This document shows, in pieces, positions 23,701 to 38,700 of a DNA stretch of 64,000 nt. Position 1 is the stretch's first letter. Each line of letters opens with the position of its first letter. Made by a program: the position numbers and the translations under genes. The notes beneath the pieces were generated by a model. The model ran no database searches. It saw only the letters and a list, made by a program, of their open reading frames with translations, and was not told where the DNA came from. The stretch is from Eledone cirrhosa (taxonomy: Eukaryota), in the NCBI GenBank assembly GCA_964016885.1, contig OZ024752.1, positions 20,584,001 through 20,648,000 on the forward strand. The letters are read 5' to 3'.

Positions 23701-26700
23701 CACTATCTCTTCCCTTACACTAGTTACACTATCTCCTCCCTTACACTAGTTACACTATCTCCTCCCTTACACTAGTTACACTATCTCCTCCCTTACACTA
23801 GTTACACTATCTCCTCCCTTACACTAGTTACACTATCTCTTCCCTTACACTAGTTACACTATCTCTTCCCTTACACTAGTCACACTATCTCCCTTACACT
23901 AGTTACACTATCTCCTCCCTTACACTAGTTACACTATCTCCTCCCTTACACTAGTTACACTATCTCCTCCCTTACACTAGTTACACTATCTCCTCCTTTA
24001 CACTAGTTACACTATCTCTTCCCTTACACTAGTCACACTATCTCCTCCCTTACAATAGTCACACTATCACCCTTACACTAGTTACACTATCTCCTCCCTT
24101 ACACTAGTCACACTATCTCCTCCCTTACACTAGTTACACTATCTCCTCCCGTACACTAGTCACACTATCTCCCTTACACTAGTCACACTATCTCCTCCCT
24201 TACACTAGTCACACTATCTCCCTTACACTAATTACGCTATCTCCTCCCTTACACTAGTCACACTATCTCCCTTACACTAGTCACACTATCTCCTCCCTTA
24301 CACTAGTCACACTATCTCCTCCCTTACACTAGTCACACTATCTCCTCCCTTACACTAGTTACACTATCTCCTCCCTTACACTAGTTACACTATCTCCTCC
24401 CTTACACTAGTTACACTATCTCTTCCCTTACACTAGTTACACTATCTCCTCCCTTACACTAGTCACACTATCTCCCTTACACTAGTCACACTATATCCTC
24501 CCTTACACTAGTCACACTATCTCCTCCCTTACACTAGTCACACTATCTCCCTTACACTAGTTACACTATCTCCTCCCTTACACTAGTTACACTATCTCCT
24601 CCCTTACACTAGTCACACTATCTCCCTTACACTAGTTACACTATCTCCTCCCTTACACTAGTTACACTATCTCCTCCCTTACACTGTCACACTATCTCCC
24701 TTACACTAGTCACACTATCTCCTCCCTTACACTAGTTACACTATCTCCTCCCTTACACTAGTCACACTATCACTTCCCTTACACTAGTTACACTATCTCC
24801 CTTACACTAGTCACACTATCTCCTCCCTTACACTGGTCACACTATCTCCTCCCTTACACTAGTCACACTATCTCCCTTACACTAGTTACACTATCTCCTC
24901 CCTTACACTAGTTACACTATCTCCTCCCTTACACTAGTCACACTATCTCCCTTACACTAGTTACACTATCTCCTCCCTTACACTAGTTACACTATCTCCT
25001 CCCTTACACTAGTCACACTATCTCCCTTACACTAGTCACACTATCTCCTCCCTTACACTAGTTACACTATCTCCTCCCTTACACTAGTTACACTATCTCC
25101 TCCCTTACACTAGTCACACTATCTCTTCCCTTACACTAGTTACACTATCTCCCTTACACTAGTCACACTATCTCCTCCCTTACACTAGTCACACTATCTC
25201 CTCCCTTACACTAGTCACACTATCTCCCTTACACTAGTTACACTATCTCCTCCCTTACACTAGTCACACTATCTCCCTTACACTAGTTACACTATCTCCT
25301 CCCTTACACTAGTCACACTATCTCCTCCCTTACACTAGTTACACTATCTCTTCCCTTACACTAGTCACACTATCTCCTCCCTTACACTAGTCACACTATC
25401 TCCTCCCTGACACTAGTCACACTATCTCCCTTACACTAGTTACACTATCTCCTCCCTTACACTAGTTACTCCATCTCCTCCCTTACACTAGTCACACTAT
25501 CTCCCTTACACTAGTTACACTATCTCCTCCCTTACACTAGTTACTCCATCTCCTCCCTTACACTAGTCACACTATCTCCCTTACACTAGTTACGCTATCT
25601 CCTCCCTTACACTAGTCACACTATCTCCCTTACACTAGTTACACTATCTCCTCCCTTACACTAGTTACACTATCTCCTCCCTTACACTAGTTACACTATC
25701 TCTTCCCTTACACTAGTTACACTATCTCTTCCCTTACACTAGTCACACTATCTCCCTTACACTAGTTACACTATCTCCTCCCTTACACTAGTTACACTAT
25801 CTCCTCCATTACACTAGTTACACTATCTCCTCCCTTACACTAGTCACACTATCTCCTCCCTTACACTAGTTACACTATCTCCTCCCTTACACTAGTTACA
25901 CTATCTCCTCCCTTACACTAGTTACACTATCTCTTCCCTTACACTAGTTACACTATCTCCTCCCTTACACTAGTTACACTATCTCCTCCCTTACACTAGT
26001 TACACTATCTCCTCCCTTACACTAGTTACACTATCTCCTCCCTTACACTAGTTACACTATCTCTTCCCTTACACTAGTTACACTATCTCTTCCCTTACAC
26101 TAGTCACACTATCTCCCTTACACTAGTTACACTATCTCCTCCCTTACACTAGTTACACTATCTCCTCCCTTACACTAGTTACACTATCTCCTCCCTTACA
26201 CTAGTTACACTATCTCCTCCTTTACACTAGTTACACTATCTCTTCCCTTACACTAGTCACACTATCTCCTCCCTTACAATAGTCACACTATCACCCTTAC
26301 ACTAGTTACACTATCTCCTCCCTTACACTAGTCACACTATCTCCTCCCTTACACTAGTTACACTATCTCCTCCCGTACACTAGTCACACTATCTCCCTTA
26401 CACTAGTCACACTATCTCCTCCCTTACACTAGTCACACTATCTCCCTTACACTAATTACGCTATCTCCTCCCTTACACTAGTCACACTATCTCCCTTACA
26501 CTAGTCACACTATCTCCTCCCTTACACTAGTCACACTATCTCCTCCCTTACACTAGTCACACTATCTCCTCCCTTACACTAGTTACACTATCTCCTCCCT
26601 TACACTAGTTACACTATCTCCTCCCTTACACTAGTTACACTATCTCTTCCCTTACACTAGTTACACTATCTCCTCCCTTACACTAGTCACACTATCTCCC

Positions 26701-29700
26701 TTACACTAGTCACACTATCTCCTCCCTTACACTAGTCACACTATCTCCTCCCTTACACTAGTCACACTATCTCCCTTACACTAGTTACACTATCTCCTCC
26801 CTTACACTAGTTACACTATCTCCTCCCTTACACTAGTCACACTATCTCCCTTACACTAGTTACACTATCTCCTCCCTTACACTAGTCACACTATCTCCTC
26901 CCTTACACTAGTCACACTATCTCCTCCCTTACACTAGTCACACTATCTCCCTTACACTAGTTACACTATCTCCTCCCTTACACTAGTCACACTATCTCCC
27001 TTACACTAGTTACACTATCTCCTCCCTTACACTAGTCACACTATCTCCTCCCTTACACTAGTTACACTATCTCTTCCCTTACACTAGTCACACTATCTCC
27101 TCCCTTACACTAGTCACACTATCTCCCTTACACTAGTTACACTATCTCCTCCCTTACACTAGTTACTCCATCTCCTCCCTTACACTAGTCACACTGTCTC
27201 CCTTACACTAGTTACGCTATCTCCTCCCTTACACTAGTCACACTATCTCCCTTACACTAGTTACACTATCTCCTCCCTTACACTAGTTACACTATCTCCT
27301 CCCTTACACTAGTCACACTATCTCCCTTACACTAGTTACACTATCTCCTCCCTTACACTAGTTACACTATCTCCTCCCTTACACTAGTTACACTATCTCT
27401 TCCCTTACACTAGTTACACTATCTCTTCCCTTACACTAGTCACACTATCTCCCTTACACTAGTTACACTATCTCCTCCCTTACACTAGTTACACTATCTC
27501 CTCCCTTACATTAGTTACACTATCTCCTCCCTTACACTAGTTACACTATCTCTTCCCTTACACTAGTCACACTATCTCCTCCCTTACACTAGTCACACTA
27601 TCTCCCTTACACTAGTTACACTATCTCCTCCCTTACACTAGTTACACTCTCCCTTACACTAGTCACACTATCTCCTCCCTTACACTAGTTACACTATCTC
27701 CTCCCTTACACTAGTCACACTATCTCCCTTACACTAGTCACACTATCTCCCTTACACTAGTTACACTATCTCCTCCCTTACACTAGTTACACTATCTCCT
27801 CCCTTACACTAGTCACACTATCTCCTCCCTTACACTAGTCACACTATCTCCCTTACACTAGTTACACTATCTCCTCCCTTACACTAGTTACACTATCTCC
27901 TCCCTTACACTAGTTACACTATCTCCCCCCTTACACTAGTTACACTATCTCCTCCCTTACACTAGTTACACTATCTCCCTTACACTAGTTACACTATCTC
28001 CTCCCTTACACTAGTTACACTATCTCCTCCCTTACACTAGTTACACTATCTCCTCTCTTACACTAGTTACACTAACTCTTCCCTTACACTAGTCACACTA
28101 TCTCCCTTACACTAGTTACACTATCTCCTCCCTTACACTAGTTACACTATCTCCTCCCTTACACTAGTTACACTATCTCCTCCCTTACACTAGTTAGACT
28201 ATCTCCTCCCTTACACTAGTTACACTATCTCCTCCCTTACACTAGTCACACTATCTCCTCCCTTACACTAGTTACACTATCTCCTCCCTTACACTAGTCA
28301 CACTATCTCCTCCCTTACACTAGTTACACTATCTCCTCCCTTACACTAGTTACACTATCTCCTCCCTTACACTAGTTACACTATCTCTCCCTTACACTAG
28401 TTACACTATCTCCTCCCTTACACTAGTTACACTATCTCCTCCCTTACACTAGTCACACTATCTCCTCCCTTACACTAGTCACACTATCTCCCTTACACTA
28501 GTCACACTATCTCCTCCCTTACACTAGTTACACTATCTCCTCCCTTACACTAGTTACACTATCTCCTCCCTTACACTAGTTACACTATCTCTTCCCTTAC
28601 ACTAGTCACACTATCTCCCTTACACTAGTTACACTATCTCCTCCCTTACACTAGTCACACTATCTCCCTTACACTAGTTACACTATCTCCTCCCTTACAC
28701 TAGTTACACTATCTCCTCCCTTACACTAGTCACACTATCTCCTCCCTTACACTAGTTACACTATCTCCTCCCTTACACTAGTTACACTATCTCTTCCCTT
28801 ACACTAGTTACACTATCTCTTCCCTTACACTAGTCACACTATCTCCCTTACACTAGTTACACTATCTCCTCCCTTACACTAGTTACACTATCTCCTCCAT
28901 TACACTAGTTACACTATCTCCTCCCTTACACTAGTCACACTATCTCCTCCCTTACACTAGTTACACTATCTCCTCCCTTACACTAGTTACACTATCTCCT
29001 CCCTTACACTAGTTACACTATCTCTTCCCTTACACTAGTTACACTATCTCCTCCCTTACACTAGTTACACTATCTCCTCCCTTACACTAGTTACACTATC
29101 TCCTCCCTTACACTAGTTACACTATCTCCTCCCTTACACTAGTTACACTATCTCTTCCCTTACACTAGTTACACTATCTCTTCCCTTACACTAGTCACAC
29201 TATCTCCCTTACACTAGTTACACTATCTCCTCCCTTACACTAGTCACACTATCTCCTCCCTTACACTAGTTACACTATCTCTTCCCTTACACTAGTCACA
29301 CTATCTCCCTTACACTAGTTACACTATCTCCTCCCTTACACTAGTTACACTATCTCCCCCCTTACACTAGTTACACTATCTCTCCCTTACACTAGTTACA
29401 CTATCTCCTCCCTTACACTAGTTACACTATCTCCTCCCTTACACTAGTTACACTATCTCCTCCCTTACACTAGTTACACTATCTCCTCCCTTACACTAGT
29501 TACACTATCTCTTCCCTTACACTAGTCACACTATCTCCTCCCTTACACTAGTCACTCTATCTCCCTTACACTAGTCACACTATCTCCTCCCTTACACTAG
29601 TTACACTATCTCTTCCCTTACACTAGTTACACTATCTCCTCCCTTACACTAGTCACACTATCTCCCTTACACTAGTTACACTATCTCCTCCCTTACACTA

Positions 29701-32700
29701 GTCACACTATCTCCCTTACACTAGTTACACTATCTCCTCCCTTACACTAGTTACACTATCTCCTCCCTTACACTAGTCACACTATCTCCCTTACACTAGT
29801 CACACTATCTCCTCCCTTACACTAGTTACACTATCTCCTCCCTTACACTAGTTACACTATCTCTTCCCTTACACTAGTCACACTATCTCCTCCCTTACAC
29901 TAGTTACACTATCTCCTCCCTTACACTAGTCACACTAATCTCCCTTACACTAGTTACACTATCTCCTCCCTTACACTAGTTACACTATCTCCTCCCTTAC
30001 ACTAGTCACACTATCTCCCTTACACTAGTTACACTATCTCCTCCCTTACACTAGTCACACTATCTCCCTTACACTAGTTACACTATCTCCTCCCTTACAC
30101 TAGTTACACTATCTCCTCCCTTACACTAGTTACACTATCTCCTCCCTTACACTAGTTACACTATCTCCTCCGTACACTAGTCACACTATCTCCCTTACAC
30201 TAGTCACACTATCTCCCTTACACTAGTTACGCTATCTCCTCCCTTACACTAGTCACACTATCTCCCTTACACTAGTCACACTATCTCCTCCCTTACACTA
30301 GTCACACTATCTCCTCCCTTACACTAGTCACACTATCTCCTCCCTTACACTAGTTACACTATCTCCTCCCTTACACTAGTTACACTATCTCCTCCCTTAC
30401 ACTAGTTACACTATCTCCTCCCTTACACTAGTTACACTATCTCCTTCCCTTACACTAGTTACACTATCTCCTCCCTTACACTAGTCACACTATCTCCCTT
30501 ACACTAGTTACACTATCTCCTCCCTTACACTAGTTACACTATCTCCTCCCTTACACTAGTCACACTATCTCCTCCCTTACACTAGTCACACTATCTCCCT
30601 TACACTAGTTACACTATCTCCTCCTTACACTAGTTACACTATCTCCTCCCTTACACTAGTTACACTATCTCCTCCCTTACACTAGTTACACTATCTCCTC
30701 CCTTACACTAGTCACACTATCTCCCTTACACTAGTTACACTATCTCCTCCCTTACACTAGTTACACTATCTCCTCTCTTACACTAGTTACACTATCTCTC
30801 CCTTACACTAGTCACACTATCTCCCTTACACTAGTTACACTATCTCCTCCCTTACACTAGTTACACTATCTCCTCCCTTACACTAGTTACACTATCTCCT
30901 CCCTTACACTAGTCACACTATCTCCTCCTTTACACTAGTTACACTATCTCTCCCTTACACTAGTTACACTATCTCCCTTACACTAGTTACACTATCTCCT
31001 CCCTTACACTAGTTACACTATCTCCTCCATTACACTAGTTACACTATCTCCTCCCTTACACTAGTCACACTATCTCCTCCCTTACACTAGTTACACTATC
31101 TCCTCCCTTACATTAGTTACACTATCTCCTCCCTTACACTAGTCACACTATCTCCTCCCTTACACTAGTCACACTATCTCCCTTACACTAGTCACACTAT
31201 CTCCTCCCTTACACTAGTTACACTATCTCATCCCTTACACTAGTCACACTATCTCCTCCCTTACACTAGTTACACTATCTCCTCCCTTACACTAGTCACA
31301 CTATATTCCCTTACACTAGTTACACTATCTCTTCCCTTACACTAGTTACACTATCTCTTCCCTTACACTAGTTACACTATCTCCTACCTTACACTAGCTA
31401 CACTATCTCCTCCCTTACACTAGTCACACTATCTCCTCCCTTACACTAGTCACACTATCTCCCTTACACTAGTCACACTATCTCCTCCCTTACACTAGTT
31501 ACACTATCTCATCCCTTACACTAGTCACACTATCTCCTCCCTTGCACTAGTTACACTATCTCCTCCCTTACACTAGTCACACTATCACCCTTACACTAGT
31601 TACACTATCTCCTCCCTTACACTAGTTACACTATCTCCTCCCTTACACTAGTCACACTATCTCCCTTACACTAGTTACACTATCTCCTCCCTTACACTAG
31701 TTACACTATCTCCTCCCTTACACTAGTTACACTATCTCCTCCCTTACACTAGTTACACTATCTCTCCCTTACACTAGTTATACTATCTCTCCCTTACACT
31801 AGTTACACTATCTCTTCCCTTACACTAGTCACACTATCTCCTCCCTTACACTAGTCACACTATCTCCTCCCTTACACTAGTTACGCTAATCTCCTCCCTT
31901 ACACTAGTCACACTATCTCCCTTACACTAGTCACACTATCTCCTCCCTTACACTGGTTTCACTATCTCTTCCCTTACACTAGTTACACTATCTCTTCCCT
32001 TACACTAGTCACACTATCTCCTCCCTTACACTAGTTACTACATCTCCTCCCTTACACTAGTCACACTATCTCCCTTACACTAGTTACGCTATCTCCTCCC
32101 TTACACTAGTCACACTATCTCCCCTTACACTAGTCACACTAACTCCTCCCTTACACTAGTTACACTATCTCCTCCCTTACACTAGTCACACTATCTCCTC
32201 CCTTACACTAGTTACTCCATCTCCTCCCTTACACTAGTCACACTATCTCCCTTACACTAGTTACACTATCTCCTCCCTTACACTAGTCACACTATCTCCT
32301 CCCTTACATTAATCACACTATCTCCTCCCTTACACTAGTTACTCCATCTCCTCCCTTACACTAGTCACACTATCTCCCTTACACTAGTTACGCTATCTCC
32401 TCCCTTACACTAGTCACACTATCTCCCTTACACTAGTCACACTATCTCCTCCCTTACACTAGTTACACTATCTCTTCCCTTACACTAGTTACACTATCTC
32501 TTCCCTTACACTAGTCACACTATCTCCTCCCTTACACTAGTTACTCCATCTCCTCCCTTACACTAGTCACACTATCTCCCTTACACTAGTTACGCTATCT
32601 CCTCCCTTACACTAGTCACACTATCTCCCTTACACAAGTCACACTATCTCCTCCATTACACTAGTTACACTATCTCCTCCCTTACACTAGTTACACTATC

Positions 32701-35700
32701 TCCTCCCTTACACTAGTTACACTATCTCTTCCCTTACACTAGTCACACTATCTCCTCCCTTACACTAGTCACACTATCTCCCTTACACTAGTTACACTAT
32801 CTCCTCCCTTACACTAGTTACACTATCTCCTCCCTTACACTAGTTACACTATCTCCTCCCTTACACTAGTCACACTATCTCCCTTACACTAGTTACACTA
32901 TCTCCTCCCTTACACTAGTTACACTATCTCCTCCCTTACACTAGTCACACTATCTCCCTTACACTAGTCACACTATCTCCTCCCTTACACTAGTTACACT
33001 ATCTCCTCCCTTACACTAGTTACACTATCTCTTCCCTTACACTACTCACACTATCTCCTCCCTTACACTAGTTACACTATCTCCTCCCTTACACTAGTCA
33101 CACTATCTCCCTTACACTAGTTACACTATCTCCTCCCTTACACTAGTTACACTATCTCCTCCCTTACACTAGTCACACTATCTCCCTTACACTAGTTACA
33201 CTATCTCCTCCCTTACACTAGTCACACTATCTCCCTTACACTAGTTACACTATCTCCTCCCTTACACTAGTTACACTATCTCCTACCTTACACTAGTTAC
33301 ACTATCTCCTCCCTTACACTAGTTACACTATCTCCTCCCGTACACTAGTCACACTATCTCCCTTACACTAGTCACACTATCTCCCTTACACTAATTACGC
33401 TATCTCCTCCCTTACACTAGTCACACTATCTCCCTTACACTAGTCACACTATCTCCTCCCTTACACTAGTCACACTATCTCCTCCCTTACACTAGTTACA
33501 CTATCTCCTCCCTTACACTAGTTACACTATCTCCTCCCTTACACTAGTTACACTATCTCCTCCCTTACACTAGTTACACTATCTCTTCCCTTACACTAGT
33601 TACACTATCTCCTCCCTTACACTAGTCACACTATCTCCCTTACACTAGTCACACTATCTCCTCCCTTACACTAGTCACACTATCTCCTCCCTTACACTAG
33701 TCACACTATCTCCCTTACACTAGTTACACTATCTCCTCCCTTACACTAGTTACACTATCTCCTCCCTTACACTAGTCACACTATCTCCTCCCTTACACTA
33801 GTCACACTATCTCCCTTACACTAGTTACACTATCTCCTCCTTACACTAGTTACACTATCTCCTCCCTTACACTAGTCACACTATCTCCTCCCTTACACTA
33901 GTTACACTATCTCCTCCCTTACACTAGTCACACTATCTCCCTTACACTAGTTACACTATCTCCTCCCTTACACTAGTCACACTATCTCCTCCTTACACTA
34001 ATCACACTATCTCCTCCCTTACACTAGTTACTCATCTCCTCCCTTACACTAGTCACACTATCTCCTCCCTTACATTAATCACACTATCTCCTCCCTTACA
34101 CTAGTTACTCCATCTCCTCCCTTACACTAGTCACACTATCTCCCTTACACTAGTTACGCTATCTCCTCCCTTACACTAGTCACACTATCTCCCTTACACT
34201 AGTCACACTATCTCCTCCCTTACACTAGTTACACTATCTCTTCCCTTACACTAGTTACACTATCTCTTCCCTTACACTAGTCACACTATCTCCTCCCTTA
34301 CACTAGTTACTCCATCTCCTCACTTACACTAGTCACACTATCTCCCTTACACTAGTTACGCTATCTCCTCCCTTACACTAGTCACACTATCTCCCTTACA
34401 CAAGTCACACTATCTCCTCCCTTACACTAGTTACACTATGTCCTCCCTTACACTAGTTACACTATCTCCTCCCTTACACTAGTTACACTATCTCTTCCCT
34501 TACACTAGTCACACTATCTCCTCCCTTACACTAGTCACACTATCTCCCTTACACTAGTTACACTATCTCCTCCCTTACACTAGTTACACTATCTCCTCCC
34601 TTACACTAGTTACACTATCTCCTCCCTTACACTAGTCACACTATCTCCCTTACACTAGTTACACTATCTCCTCCCTTACACTAGTTACACTATCTCCTCC
34701 CTTACACTAGTCACACTATCTCCCTTACACTAGTCACACTATCTCCTCCCTTACACTAGTTACACTATCTCCTCCCTTACACTAGTTACACTATCTCTTC
34801 CCTTACACTACTCACACTATCTCCTCCCTTACACTAGTTACACTATCTCCTCCCTTACACTAGTCACACTATCTCCCTTACACTAGTTACACTATCTCCT
34901 CCCTTACACTAGTTACACTATCTCCTCCCTTACACTAGTCACACTATCTCCCTTACACTAGTTACACTATCTCCTCCCTTACACTAGTCACACTATCTCC
35001 CTTACACTAGTTACACTATCTCCTCCCTTACACTAGTTACACTATCTCCTCCCTTACACTAGTTACACTATCTCCTCCCTTACACTAGTTACACTATCTC
35101 CTCCCGTACACTAGTCACACTATCTCCCTTACACTAGTCACACTATCTCCCTTACACTAATTACGCTATCTCCTCCCTTACACTAGTCACACTATCTCCC
35201 TTACACTAGTCACACTATCTCCTCCCTTACACTAGTCACACTATCTCCTCCCTTACACTAGTCACACTATCTCCTCCCTTACACTAGTTACACTATCTCC
35301 TCCCTTACACTAGTTACACTATCTCCTCCCTTACACTAGTTACACTATCTCCTCCCTTACACTAGTTACACTATCTCTTCCCTTACACTAGTTACACTAT
35401 CTCCTCCCTTACACTAGTCACACTATCTCCCTTACACTAGTCACACTATCTCCTCCCTTACACTAGTCACACTATCTCCTCCCTTACACTAGTCACACTA
35501 TCTCCCTTACACTAGTTACACTATCTCCTCCCTTACACTAGTTACACTATCTCCTCCCTTACACTAGTCACACTATCTCCTCCCTTACACTAGTCACACT
35601 ATCTCCCTTACACTAGTTACACTATCTCCTCCCTTACACTAGTTACACTATCTCCTCCCTTACACTAGTTACACTATCTCCTCCCTTACACTAGTTACAC

Positions 35701-38700
35701 TATCTCCTCCCTTACACTAGTCACACTATCTCCCTTACACTAGTTACACTATCTCCTCCCTTACACTAGTTACACTATCTCCTCTCTTACACTAGTTACA
35801 CTATCTCTTCCCTTACACTAGTCACACTATCTCCCTTACACTAGTTACACTATCTCCTCCCTTACACTAGTTACACTATCTCCTCCCTTACACTAGTCAC
35901 ACTATCTCCCTTACACTAGTTACACTATCTCTTCCCTTACACTAGTTATACTATCTCTTCCCTTACACTAGTTACACTATCTCCTCCCTTACACTAGTTA
36001 CACTATCTCCTCCCTTACACTAGTCACACTATCTCCTCCCTTACACTAGTCACACTATCTCCCTTACACTAGTCACACTATCTCCTCCCTTACACTAGTT
36101 ACACTATCTCATCCCTTACACTAGTCACACTATCTCCTCCCTTGCACTAGTTACACTATCTCCTCCCTTACACTAGTCACACTATCACCCTTACACTAGT
36201 TACACTATCTCCTCCCTTACACTAGTTACACTATCTCCTCCCTTACACTAGTGACACTATCTCCCTTACACTAGTTACACTATCTCCTCCCTTACACTAG
36301 TTACACTATCTCCTCCCTTACACTAGTTACACTATCTCTTCCCTTACACTAGTTATACTATCTCTTCCCTTACACTAGTTACACTATCTCTTCCCTTACA
36401 CTAGTCACACTATCTCCTCCCTTACACTAGTCACACTATCTCCTCCCTTACACTAGTTACACTATCTCCTCCCTTACACTAGTTACACTATCTCCTCCCT
36501 TACACTAGTCCCACTATCTCCTCCCTTACACTAGTTACACTATCTCCTCCCTTACACTAGTTACACTATCTCCTCCCTTACACTAGTTACACTATCTCCT
36601 CCCTTACACTAGTTACACTATCTCCTCCCTTACACTAGTTACACTATCTCCTCCCTTACACTAGTTACACTATCTCTTCCCTTACACTAGTTATACTATC
36701 TCTTCCCTTACACTAGTCACACTATCTCCTCCCTTACACTAGTCACACTATCTCCTCCCTTACAGTAGTTACACTATCTCATCCCTTACACTAGTCACAC
36801 TATCTCTTCCCTTACACTAGTCACACTATCTCATCCCTTACACTAGTCACACTATCTCTTCCCTTACACTAGTTACTCCATCTCCTCCCTTACACTAGTC
36901 ACACTATCTCCCTTACACTAGTTACGCTATCTCCTCCCTTACACTAGTCACACTATCTCCCTTACACTAGTTACACTATCTCCTCCCTTACACTAGTTAC
37001 ACTATCTCCTCCCTTACACTAGTTACACTATCTCTTCCCTTACACTAGTCACACTATCTCCTCCCTTACACTAGTCACACTATCTCCCTAACACTAGTTA
37101 CACTATCTCCTCCCTTACACTAGTTACACTATCTCCTCCCTTACACTAGTTACACTATCTACTCCCTTACACTAGTCACACTATCTCCCTTACACTAGTT
37201 ACACTATCTCCTCCCTTACACTAGTCACACTATCTCCCTTACACTAGTTACACTATCTCCTCCCTTACACTAGTTACACTATCTCCTCCCTTACACTAGT
37301 CACACTATCTCCTCCCTTACACTAGTCACACTATCTCCCTTACACTAGTTACACTATCTCCTCCCTTACACTAGTTACACTATCTCCTCCCTTACACTAG
37401 TTACACTATCTCCTCCCTTACACTAGTTACACTATCTCCTCCCTTACACTAGTCACACTATCTCCCTTACACTAGTTACACTATCTCCTCCCTTACACTA
37501 GTTACACTATCTCCTCTCTTACACTAGTTACACTATCTCTTCCCTTACACTAGTCACACTATCTCCCTTACACTAGTTACACTATCTCCTCCCTTACACT
37601 AGTTACACTATCTCCTCCCTTACACTAGTCACACTATCTCCCTTACACTAGTTACACTATCTCTTCCCTTACACTAGTTATACTATCTCTTCCCTTACAC
37701 TAGTTACACTATCTCCTCCCTTACACTAGTTACACTATCTCCTCCCTTACACTAGTCACACTATCTCCTCCCTTACACTAGTCACACTATCTCCCTTACA
37801 CTAGTCACACTATCTCCTCCCTTACACTAGTTACACTATCTCATCCCTTACACTAGTCACACTATCTCCTCCCTTGCACTAGTTACACTATCTCCTCCCT
37901 TACACTAGTCACACTATCACCCTTACACTAGTTACACTATCTCCTCCCTTACACTAGTTACACTATCTCCTCCCTTACACTAGTGACACTATCTCCCTTA
38001 CACTAGTTACACTATCTCCTCCCTTACACTAGTTACACTATCTCCTCCCTTACACTAGTTACACTATCTCTTCCCTTACACTAGTTATACTATCTCTTCC
38101 CTTACACTAGTTACACTATCTCTTCCCTTACACTAGTCACACTATCTCCTCCCTTACACTAGTCACACTATCTCCTCCCTTACACTAGTTACACTATCTC
38201 CTCCCTTACACTAGTTACACTATCTCCTCCCTTACACTAGTCCCACTATCTCCTCCCTTACACTAGTTACACTATCTCCTCCCTTACACTAGTTACACTA
38301 TCTCCTCCCTTACACTAGTTACACTATCTCCTCCCTTACACTAGTTACACTATCTCCTCCCTTACACTAGTTACACTATCTCCTCCCTTACACTAGTTAC
38401 ACTATCTCTTCCCTTACACTAGTTATACTATCTCTTCCCTTACACTAGTCACACTATCTCCTCCCTTACACTAGTCACACTATCTCCTCCCTTACAGTAG
38501 TTACACTATCTCATCCCTTACACTAGTCACACTATCTCTTCCCTTACACTAGTCACACTATCTCATCCCTTACACTAGTCACACTATCTCTTCCCTTACA
38601 CTAGTTACTCCATCTCCTCCCTTACACTAGTCACACTATCTCCCTTACACTAGTTACGCTATCTCCTCCCTTACACTAGTCACACTATCTCCCTTACACT